A stretch of 64,000 nt of DNA, taken from the NCBI RefSeq assembly GCF_009914755.1, contig NC_060936.1, one strand, 5' to 3'. The DNA comes from the human T2T-CHM13v2.0 reference genome, Homo sapiens. A program made the position numbers and the translations under genes. The stretch's first letter is position 1, and every line of letters starts with the position of its first letter. Shown piece by piece: positions 51,388 to 64,000 of this stretch. The notes beneath the pieces are model-generated. The model worked only from the letters and a program-made list of their open reading frames with translations, did not search any database and was not told the origin of the DNA.

Positions 51388-52058
51388 AGTCTAGAAGGAT
51401 TCCAGACAAAGAAAACTCGGAGCAAAGGCAAGAAAATACATGGCCAGCCAAGTATTCCATTTTGCGTAAAACTGAGGTAAAGCAAGGAAATGCCGGAAGA
51501 GAAAAAAGAAAAGGCTGAACCTGATTGTCAGAACTGGACTTCTTCCAGCAGACTCTGGGGAGCTACTTAATCAGGACTTTTTAAAAAGAGGGAGCAAGAG
51601 GCAGAGCCAACGAGACACAACCAGCTCAGGGTTTTCAAAGAATTCCCTAGCAAAGGTAAGAAGGAAGGCCTGGAATAGAAAGAAACAGAAGGTGAGAGAC
51701 CAAGCAGGAGATGAGATTTCTAATCCAGGCTTATCTAATAGCCCAAAGTGAAGAAAGAACTGACTATGAAAATGGGACGAATATGAGAGTGCTGTGAAAA
51801 TTCAGCAGTGACTAAAACAGAAGAATCAAACATGACTCCAAAGTCTGAAGAGAAGGCGACTGGGACAAGAGTCATACTAAGAAAGAATTAAGGATGCCAA
51901 GTGGAGCAAGTCTGGCAAAGGAAAGTGCTGAGTTGCCTACAGGATATCCGGGTGAAAACATCCAGCAGTTATTTATCCGCCTGGGACAGTACTGACCTTT
52001 AAGACTTACTGTATCTCCTGAATAGCCTATTTGGACTTCATCAAGAGCTTTTCCCAAA

Positions 52059-52200
52059 CAGGGATTTTTATCTTGCGGGCCCATGGACTCATGGGGAGTC
52101 CCATGAACCTCCCAAATTATTAAAGAAAATTTTATTTGTGTTCATGGACATTTGGGGAGAGGTATGTACTTTCATTACAAACTCAAGGAGCACGAAACTC
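52059..52200. mobile_element. Charlie4z-like relic
   Basis: CAGGGATTTTTA..CCCATGGAC..CCATGAACCTCC..AAATTTTATTTG..GGGGAGAGG. Confidence 0.6.
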
Positions 52201-53356
52201 CCTTTTCCCTCACAAAAATGTTAATACTCTCCATTCATCCTTCTAAACACTCCAAGCAAGGTAAGCCCTCTTGTCTGAAAATTTGGGGAGGGAGCATGAG
52301 TCTCAGAACAAACAGAAAATGCCTCAGGAACAAAGCAGCAGCAGCAGTTACAGTCATGCGTGGATGGTTCTGAGTCAGGAGAAGCTCACTGCACAGTCAC
52401 CAGATGAGGAAGGCATTTGGAATGTCTTGGTTAAAACTCACTGGAAATGACAGAAGAGTTTCTGACTCATTTCTTGAACCAATTCTTGCCTGAATACCTG
52501 TCTCTACAAGAGCAGTCATTAATGCCCCAACCTTAAACAGTAAAAATTGTCATTTTTATAAACATCATACTGCTCAACTTCCCACTGTCCAAAGAAGCTG
52601 AGCTGCACGGGTTGTCCCAGGATGGAAAAGAAGCCACAGCCAAGAAGCTGTGTCTTGCTTTAGTGTTGCCATCTACTGGCTGGTGCTCACTGACTCTCAT
52701 TCCCAATCTTTTCACTGCCAAAGGAAAGATTTTGCAATTAGGCTGCTTTTTTTATCCAGAGCCTCTCTAGACAGTTCAGTCCCCAAGAGGTCAAAAAAAA
52801 AAAGTTTTTTTTAACAGAAACCTACCAGCTCCAAAAAAAAAGTAAGGCAAGACCAAATGTCAACAATGTTACTAGGAAGCTTCAGCACTGACTAACAGAG
52901 TTTATGGTGAATGCTCCCTAAATGTTAGCCCCACATAATTAAGACAAAAGATGCTTTTAATGTGTTGTATATGAAGTGATTATGAATAAGCAGAGGTTTG
53001 TGCCCACAGAATGGAATAGGGATATAACAGCATTGAAAATTGTTATTGTTGTTGTTGTTTCGTTAAAAGTAATTCTCTTTGCTAGGCTGTGTGTAGAAAG
53101 TGGTTATCCTGGTAAGCTTAATAAACATAGTGCCGGGGATTCTGGCTGAATAGCTGAGAGTTAGAATTGAATGGGTTCTCACATACCCCATGGAGGCAGG
53201 AAGCAAGGACCAGGTTCCCCAAGTGAGGACTTTGTTGCTCTTATTGAACTACAATGAAAGGGTCTTGTACACTTACTTCATAAGCCCATGGCACTGACCA
53301 GAACAGCAAAGATTCTTTATTTCCGAATGCCATAGTAACTCTTTTCACTATTCTTT

Positions 53357-53646
53357 CGTGTGTGTGTGACAGTACTCACTCTGTCACTCAGGCTGGAGTG
53401 GCATGATCTTGGCTCATAGCAGCCTCCATCTACCAGGCTTAGGTGATCCTCCCACCTCAGCCTCCTGACTAGCTGGAACTTACAGGCACATGCCACCACA
53501 CCCAGCAAAATTTTTTTTCTTGTATTTTTTGTAGAGATGGGGTCTCACCGTGTTGTCCAGACTGGTCTCAAACTCCTGGGCTGAAGTGATCTGCCACCCT
53601 CAGCCTTCCAAAGTGCTGGGATTACAGGCATGAGCCATGCCTGGCC
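53357..53646 (-). mobile_element. AluJ with (TG)n in place of its tail
   Basis: Antisense J-type dimer; degraded TSD TTCACT(A/C)TTCTT. Confidence 0.85.
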
Positions 53647-55738
53647 TCTCTTCACTCTTCTTGTGTTCACTTCCTCCTTCCCTGGTTTTTTGTTTTTATT
53701 ACTTTTCTTCCTTTCCTCTTTATGAACTGTCTAACCCCACATCTACCTTCCACCTCATCATACTGGCACAAACTAAGAGCTAAAAGGAAAAGAGAGTTGC
53801 ACTTAATTCTCCTCATTCATATGCTTTTCCCTTCTTTTCCTTTTTGCTTTTTAATCCAGCAAAGCACCTTATCTTTCACTCACGTTCACATTAAAATTTA
53901 GAAGACTGATCATGTTTGGCCTTTCCGTCCAATATCACCTTCCTATAAAATCAATACATATGGGTGATAAACATAAGTCACAACCACCATCTTATGCATC
54001 AGCAAGCCCGCAGCACGTAATACAATTAAAGACTTTTTTGTTGATTAATGAAAGGAGAGGTTGCTAATCCTTTCCTCCTATAACTTAAGGAACAGAAGGA
54101 GGAAGAAAGAATATAGTGCCCTTAGATGTCAATTGTCCCTCCTCCCTCCTTTGCGGTCAGGACCCCTCAAAAAAAAAAAATTCGCTCAAGGAGTTATTGA
54201 AGGTTTCAAAGAGGAGAGAGGAGAGGTTTACATTGTAACCTCACAACTGACACCCTGAGAGACCTCCCCCTATGCATTCTCCACCTGCTTTGCTGTAGTG
54301 CATCTAAGGGTCTATTTAATTCTACTAGGCTGAGTTGAGCCTCTTGGCTCCTCTCTCTATCACACCCAGCCATCTCTTCCCCCTGAACCATATTCTTTCT
54401 CCAGGGAAGGAAAAATGAAAGCCTTGCAGGTAATAAGGCCAATCCTACTCCAAGTATCTCCTCAAAGTATTTTCTCTAAACATTTAATACTTTCCCTAAG
54501 AATTTTCTTACCAGCTGTTAAGTAGTTGACATTTTTTCAATATTGTTACAATTCCCACCTGTAAAGTTTGATAAATCTATACGATTTTTTTTTAAAGCTA
54601 GATATCTCTTCAGGTGCTGGTGGTCCCCCTTCCTTGGAAGTTAATTCCCTGAGGACAGAGACAAAAAACTTATCTTCCTCTCCTCAATGTCATTCATCCA
54701 TCCTTTTAAAATCAAGCAAGACTATAGGGGCTCAACTTTAATAACATAAAACATTATTGCTCCTGGAGATCTGTGTTGGTTTTCAAACTGAAAATGACAT
54801 TTAATAAATACTATAAGAAGCACTTTCTCAAGCTTTCCAAGGACAACTATACTTGCTAGACTAGATAGTTACATTCACAAAAACTGGCCTTGTTATTAAA
54901 AAACATAGTAGGAAAAAATATGCAAATAAGTCACTTTGTCTGTATAAATGGTTTACTGTGGAACTGAATGATTCCACATCAACTTAGCCGTATATAATTT
55001 GGTCAAAAACTTTAACTGGAATGTCCAGGCCTTGGCCAATGGGAGCTTAAAATGAGGTCACATTTATTTGCTAATATCCATTAGGAAAATGTCAACTCCC
55101 CATTCTGCTTAATTACAGGAATTCCAGGCTCTTGACAAATTCCTCTGCTTACTATTTCTGGAAATCAGGACTCCAATCCAGTTGTCTGCTGCCTCCGCCA
55201 CTCATCTGCCTCCTGACCACATTCCCTGTACACAGGCTGACAGGGGCTCTGTGGCATACCACCTTTGGCAATTCCTGGACTCAACCTTCCTCCTGCTACT
55301 GCTGCCCTCCCCTAAAAGAAGGCAGAAAACCCTCTTTTAATTCTTTGATCACATTGCTCAGCCCATCCACAACTTTTAGCAAAAACTTCTTGGAAAGTTC
55401 AGGAAAATAGAAGGGGGCATTATGGCATCAATATCTCAAAGCTGTACTATATGTGGTGATTCCCAGAGAACAGCAGTTCAGATGTACCTCATGTCCCTTC
55501 AAGCTGGGATTCTACTGAGATATGGAAATATTATTCAAAAGATATGAGAATAGAGATCATTTTAAGAAAATCAATTTTTAGGAAATCAATTTCAGATTCC
55601 TCAACTTCCATATGAACTCTCTCCTAAGAACCTGTGAAAGTGCTTTTAGTAAACTAAGCTTTTTCTACCTTCTCCTTTAATAACTGCCTTTCTCTTACCA
55701 AAAAATAAACTTACCTCTCACCCATACGTTTACCATAG

Positions 55739-56581
<843 letters not shown>

Positions 56582-56667
56582 TGGGGTATTATTATCATAG
56601 GGTGTAAAAATATCTGTCCAACAAACAAAAGAACATTTAGACAATTTCTTTAACCAAATCACTGTAA

Positions 56668-57013
<346 letters not shown>

Positions 57014-58371
57014 AAATGTAATTTTTTAAGTTTAATATTTATTAAAATGTCATTTGGTCATTAAACTCTTAGAGCCTATGGTAACACAAAAAACACTTAC
57101 ATCTATAATATACTGAGTAATATTTAATAAGGTAACCAATAAGACTGTTAAGCAAAAAATAAATTCATTTTAGGATAAAATTCTTCAGAAGAAGAAGAAT
57201 GGAGTTCAGGGAGCAAAAGGAATCAAACAATATTTCCAACTGTTACAAAGCGTGTTAAAGTATTTTTAAAAATGGAAAATGGTAGCTATCAAAACTCTAT
57301 TGTACCAACATTTCACTGGATACATTTAAAAGACCGAATAACATTTTAAAATGCCAATATTTACAATACATAATAAAATGCTTCTTTTGAGGCTATTTAA
57401 ACATAATGATTTTAGATATTCTTTTAAAAAATCAATCAGAGTCTCATGGTTTTTCCAAAATTTGTAGGGAGGTATGCAAGTAACAAGTTTGAAGACTATT
57501 CACTGCCTACTTGTTACAGCCCTTTCAGCTCCTGGCCACCCGGGTGGCTGGGGCCAGGTCACCTTATTTCAAGCATCAACCAAGCAGACACCATGTTGGT
57601 CTTGGTTAACTGCTATATCATTACCCTTAACATAGTTGATGTTAAATTAATGAATGTTGAATATTAGAAATCATTCACCTCTTTCCATCCACTTCTGCTT
57701 CAGGGACTGCTCTGACACTGGCCTAGCCTGAAATGACTGACATCAGGATGACCCTGGGGGGTAAAGGGTGTGCCCTACATTGTCGTATCTTGTCATAACA
57801 AAAGTGAAATGAGTCTAGACCTAAGCTGGATCAACCGGCTGAGTCATAAATCTCAGACTGAATCAGGCATTAGATTTACAAATTTAACTGGATTGTAGAA
57901 TTACTCTACAGTTTTTAGGACCAGCAAAAGCAGAATTCACTCTCTAGGGACAAAGTTAGCAAAAGTCCCAATGACTGTCTTCCTTTCCTAGATCAATGTC
58001 AAGCGCCATCCTCCGTTTTCCGGCCATTCTCGCCGCACGTCTAAGCAGTCATCTTTCAGGATGCAGTCCCATGTCATTGCCTCTTGTGACCCTCTCCTGA
58101 GTGCTACCATCACTTAGAACCCTAACCCCAGATTCTGACATTAGGAGGGACTACAGAAGGGGGAACCCATTTGCATCTCTCCATTTTCTAGTGGTGATAT
58201 TTTACACATACCCTACGGTTTTAAATTTGAAGTACCCTAGAAACAGACCTTGTTATCAAAAGCAGATTGAAAAAATATGCAGACAAGGCATTAATGAAAC
58301 CTTACGGATTTACACCATATCAAGAGAAGTCTCCAAAGGCAGAAATGCACATCAAGCCTATTTCTTCTGAC

Positions 58372-58445
58372 TCATTTCCTCTGGAGAAGCAGCTTAGAAT
58401 AATTCAGGCAAAAGGCCACGAAATAATTGCATTGGTAACAGGAAC
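58372..58445 (-). CDS. KICS2: Putative alternative terminal coding exon of KICSTOR subunit 2 (C12orf66), adding SCYQCNYFVAFCLNYSKLLLQRK*
   Basis: Seen: strong minus-strand acceptor TTCCCTCTCTACTTTTCTACCAG|GT at 58446/58445 and a phase-1 frame of 23 codons to TGA. Recalled, not checked: KICS2 lies convergent to SRGAP1 and has 445-aa and 468-aa isoforms, a 23-aa difference. Confidence 0.6.
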
Positions 58446-59035
58446 CTGGTAGAAAAGTAGAGAGGGAATTGCTAAATTAAATTAAACCTACAGGGCTTTT
58501 GTGGGGAGTCACATAGCATGTTTTTTGTTTCTCACTTAGGAGAAAAAAAATCTAGTTTTCTTACATTTTTACTTGAAAAAAATCAGAGGCTACTTTAATG
58601 CTTTTATACAATAATTAGTGCAAATACACTAAAAGTGATCTTTTACATAATAATAATAAATAACATGGTAAAAATACACTTGAAAAGATTTTAGTTTTGA
58701 GTAACTTTTCCTGCCAAATAACCTGCCAAATACATACAGCAATGCTTGGCCGCAGTTGGCCAAAGGCCTTGTGTGTTCATGAAGTGGCTAGGATTAATTG
58801 TGGTCACCCTATTAGTATCAACACTGACCTTTCCCCCTCTATGTATTCCTTCCTCGCTGCCTGAAAAAAAGTAACTGGTTATAAAAACAATCAAAATGAA
58901 TACTTTCAGATGCTGTTTCCCAAAACTGGGTCAGAGACTACTGGTGTATGTCCTGGATCTCAGAGGCATGGGAAGAAAGGTGGCTAAAGCAGAATCTATG
59001 AGAAAGAAATCAGAAACTAAGGTAAGAGAGGATGG

Positions 59036-59300
59036 GGCTGGGCACAGTGGCTCACGTCTGTAATCCCAGCACTTGGGAGGCCTAGGTGGGCAGATCACCT
59101 GAGGTCAGGAGTTTGAGACCAGCCTGGCCAACATGGTGAAACCCCGTCTCCACTAAACATACAAAAATTAGCCGGGCATGGTGGCGCATGCCTGTAATCC
59201 CAGCTACTCATGAGGCTGAGGCATGAGAATTGCTTGAACCAGGAGGCAGAGGTTGCAGTGAGCAGAGATTGTGCCGCTGCACTCCAGCCTGGGTGACAGA
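59036..59300 (+). mobile_element. AluSx-like followed by a polypurine tract (59300-59430)
   Basis: Dimer whose 3' end runs into GA-rich low complexity. Confidence 0.9.
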
Positions 59301-59665
59301 GAAGAAAAAGGTAAGAGGATGGGAGGGAGAGAAGGAAGGAAAAGAGAGAGGAAAAGAAGGAAAGAGGGAGGAAGAGAGATAGAGGGAGAGGGAGAGGGAG
59401 AGGAAAAAATGTGGAGGAAAATAAATAATCAACAGTAATTAAGAGAGAAAATTAACCATGAGGAAGGAATAAAGGAAAGTCATAATATTTACCAAAAAAA
59501 ATCTTGTGGTCAGGGAGAAAACGGCTGCTTTATTTCAAATTCAGGGTTAAACCTAAGAGTCAGAAATCCTTATAAATTCATATACATTTCTTTTAAAACT
59601 CCCCATTGTCTGGAAGATGCTAAGGAACTAAATATGTTAAGAACTAGTAAAAATAAATAAATAAA

Positions 59666-59991
<326 letters not shown>

Positions 59992-60419
59992 TCAAGGATT
60001 TATCCATCCATTCCATATGAACTGTACTTCAAGGTACTAAATAGTTGGAGGTGAATTTCTCTTTGTAGATGTATTCTGGCTAATAATGAGAAAAGGAATA
60101 ACAATTAGAATATTACCATTTTGTAACCTCTAATGATATAATCTATCTAGGCAATGCCAGTTGTTAGCTGCTTCCTAATAAAATATACAACACCACTACA
60201 CAAAGAAAAGCTGAATCTGATTAAACATCTTGCTCTAACTTCCAATATAAAGGGGGAAAAAAGGATGAAAAACAAGTGATAGTTCAAGGATACTGTCATC
60301 AAAATCCTGACTGTAAAAACCTTACACGAGAAGTAAACTAAACATTCCCATCAAAAGGCAGAGATTGTTGTTCTTTTTAATCTGTCTTATCTCCTTAGTT
60401 CTGTCTATAGACACTTCAA

Positions 60420-60820
60420 ATACAAAGATATAAATAAGTAAGTTAAAAATGAGAACATGGAAAACACACACACACACACACCACAAACAGTAAGCATAAG
60501 AAAGCTGGAAGGGCCATAAAAACATTGGGCAAAATGGACTTTGGAGTAAGCAGTAGCAGTGGAGATAAAGCAGGAAACTTCATAATGATAAAATGGTGAA
60601 TACAAGAGAAATAAAAACTATAAATGTATATGGGCCTAATGACAGGGCTCCAAAATACAGGATGGAAAAACTGACAGAAATAAAGGAAGAAAATCACAAA
60701 TCCACAAGCAGTGCTGGAGATTTTAAAATACCTCGCTCAGTAATTGATAGAGTAACCAAAGGAAAAAAAAAGAAATCATAATATAGGAGAACTAAAATGA
60801 TGCTATCAACCAACCATAAA
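60420..60820 (+). mobile_element. Old L1M ORF2 endonuclease fragment
   Basis: TINVYGPNDRAPKY...GDFKIPRSVIDR resembles L1 EN NIYAPN/GDFNTPLS. Confidence 0.8.
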
Positions 60821-61034
60821 AATTTGGGAACAAAAAACCACAAAGATTCTAAAATAGGAAGAGTGGGTAGGTTGGTTAGGCATTTATCTGCCTCCTCTTC
60901 TAAACCAGTTCTCTTTCAAACATAATAACTAGGTACAGGTTTGCCACAGAATTGAAGAGAAAGAAAAGAACAGGAAAGGTGCCAAATTTAAGGAAAGAGT
61001 GGTCCATCTTTTATTTATATAGCCTTCAAATTCC

Positions 61035-61200
61035 AGAAAGTTTCCAAAGCCTTTGTTACACACATGATCTCATTCCATCCTAACAGTAACCTTTGAAAAA
61101 GCAACCCACATTTCCTTAGCCCCATTTTACAGACAAGGAAGTTGAGCTCAGAGGCTGATTTGCCAAACAAACAAAATTGTGAGTCTGCTTCTAGATCAAA
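61035..61200 (-). mobile_element. MIR
   Basis: GATCTCATTCCATCCTAACAGTAACC..CCCATTTTACAGACAAGGAAGTTGAGCTCAGAG. Confidence 0.8.
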
Positions 61201-61280
61201 AGGGTGGACATTCACCTGAAGGAATTCCCTGGGAAAGTAGTGAAGTACCAATTATTTTCTTTCTAGAAAGTACATTTTCT

Positions 61281-61570
61281 GCTGGACACAGTGGCTCACA
61301 CCTGTATTCCCACTTGGGAAGCTAAAGAGGGAGGATCACTTGAGCCCAGGATTTCGAGACCAGCCTGAGCAACATAGTGCGACCCTATCTCTAAAATATT
61401 TTTTTAAAATTAGCCAGGCATGGTCCTAGCTACTCGGGAGGCTGAGGCAAGAGGACTGTTGAGCCTAGGAGTTCAAAGCTGCAGAGAGCTATGATCATGC
61501 CACTGTACTCCAGCCTGGGCGACAGACCTTGCCTTTTCAAAAAAAAAAAGAAAGAAAGAAAGAAAAGAAA
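61281..61570 (+). mobile_element. AluJ
   Basis: J-type dimer with small deletions and an A/GAAA tail. Confidence 0.85.
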
Positions 61571-62011
61571 AGTATTTGGACACATTTCTCCCAATATGTC
61601 CAAATATCCAAAGCAATTATATCAAGGGTATTGGCTCCTTGGTTAAGAACTGGGCTTTATTTTCACACACTCCCTGAAATGACACAGCCAGAGATCAGGT
61701 AGGACCCAGAGAGAACAAAGTTACAAACCCTGTGTCCAAACAGCATCCTAAAATGAAATACTCCTGGATGGAACCCTTGGAAAACTCAGTGTTGACCATA
61801 TTCCCAGTTACCCATAAAAACTTATCAAGTTGTGGTTTAGAAACAGATTCAAAGAAAGCAGTCTGCAGAAAATACGCAGATTTACTCTTTTAATTAGCAA
61901 AACACAGACTTTACAGATCTCATTACTATATTTAGAGAATAAATCTTAGAGTAAAATGACTTTGTTTCTTGGCTTGAACCAAATTATGTGGAGTTTTTAT
62001 AATTAGAAAAC

Positions 62012-62017
62012 TTTATT
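62012..62017 (-). terminator. Candidate poly(A) signal for the main KICS2 3' UTR
   Basis: TTTATT on + (AATAAA on -) at the left edge of an AT-rich non-repetitive block. The gene assignment is inferred. Confidence 0.45.
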
Positions 62018-62527
62018 GAAGAGCTTCAGAAATAATTTAAGTATCAATATTCAATCTTCAAAAACTCTTCCAGTACAGTCTATGACAGCTGCACAGTAAT
62101 ACATATTGTCTTAGATTTTCTTAATATTCACATCTGCCTTCTGTTCTTTGAAATTCTTTTTGTGTTTATGTTTAAAAATAGATATACAATTCAAATATGT
62201 TCTAGGTGAGGACTGGTTATTTAAATAACATATATATGCTTTACTTACACCTCTCTCGGGGTTCCACTGAAGTATATATTCTTCTAGGTATTTGGGGGAC
62301 TGTGTCATTAAGGCTAATGGTGGTTTAATCTAAGAGGAAAAAAATACATGCATACCAAGGAATATTTTTCAGTTTCTTGGCAGAACACAATAGAGAGGAA
62401 AAGTGATTTGACTTTTTAGCTCCAATTGCTTTCAATTTCTTAGGTAAGGTCAATGTTGTAAAATCTGCTGAGACTTTTTTTATAGAACCTGAGTGAATAA
62501 AATGCAGAGGTAAATCACTACTTTCTA

Positions 62528-62860
<333 letters not shown>

Positions 62861-62905
62861 GGAAAAACACATGTTCTTCCCAGAAAATAAAAAATAGGCC
62901 AGTAG

Positions 62906-63301
<396 letters not shown>

Positions 63302-64000
63302 TGATGTTGCTGGCATACCTGCTATGGACACCCAGTAAAACAGTGGCTCCACACAATCATGGGAAAAAAGACGAATATGACCATTACATTTCACACAAGC
63401 TTCAAAGGAACCATCAAACCAGTAACAACTCAATTACTCTTTGTGGCTTCTTTTTATTTTGAATCAATAATCTAGAAGTGAAGGTCTCCACAGCCCATTA
63501 TGCCTTCACTGATCCACCTACTTCCCATGAACACCTGCCGAAGGAAAGAAATAAGGCAGCATGTGCTAAGATGCAGTGCTGCTTCTAAACATAATTTGTG
63601 GGGGGCAGGCATGAAACCCAAGTTCAGAAGTGCTTAAGTACTGAGGTGATTACTCAACTATGAAGAGGTCTTTCAAGCGCACAGTTGATTTTTAGCAAGT
63701 ACAGCGTATGAAGACCTTCATTTTGATTTTATAAAAGTAGGCTATGTTGCATGAGTATCTAAAAGTGGCTGAAAAACCGACTGCATGCTTTTAAGCCTAA
63801 AAATAACCAAGGAGTAGAGCCAAACATGTACATTTCAGCAGAAAAGTGATAAACAGAAAGCGAAGCGGATAATATGCTGAAGAATGAAGAAAGCCCACAT
63901 GATGGCTTATGCTGACTTTACAACAGAGTGAAACATTCAAACATTAAAGAAGTCAAAACAAATGCAGTTAGGTGTGTACATTACCCCAAAAGAACCCATG

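Overview
Primate (human/great-ape type) genomic DNA, dense in repeats, spanning the convergent 3' ends of two genes. On the + strand, the last coding exon of SRGAP1 lies at 13101-13478, followed by a ~5.1-kb 3' UTR with a well-formed poly(A) site near 18620-18660 and a possible far distal site near 33000. On the - strand, the right end most likely carries 3' parts of KICS2/C12orf66. This assignment is inferred from remembered 12q14 gene order plus a strong acceptor and short terminal ORF at 58445-58372; the main KICS2 CDS is not in the window. The preceding SRGAP1 intron holds a near-complete, env-less HERV-L provirus (MLT2A1 LTRs, tRNA-Leu PBS, decayed gag-pro-pol-dUTPase, antisense) and a twin-primed, 5'-inverted L1PA2. 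The rest is about 35 Alus, older L1/L2/MIR, MaLR/ERVL LTRs and hAT/mariner relics. Nearly all short ORFs in the track are repeat-derived. I see no convincing new multi-gene biological system. The best leads are: DUX4-site asymmetry between the two HERV-L LTRs; a repeat-free RFX/NF-Y motif cluster at ~46.1-46.6 kb; inverted Alu pairs in both 3' UTR regions; a fold-back template-switch scar inside an AluJ; repeatedly re-used insertion sites; and two ~150-bp non-tandem local duplications. Repeat subfamily names are recognised by eye and need Dfam/RepeatMasker confirmation.
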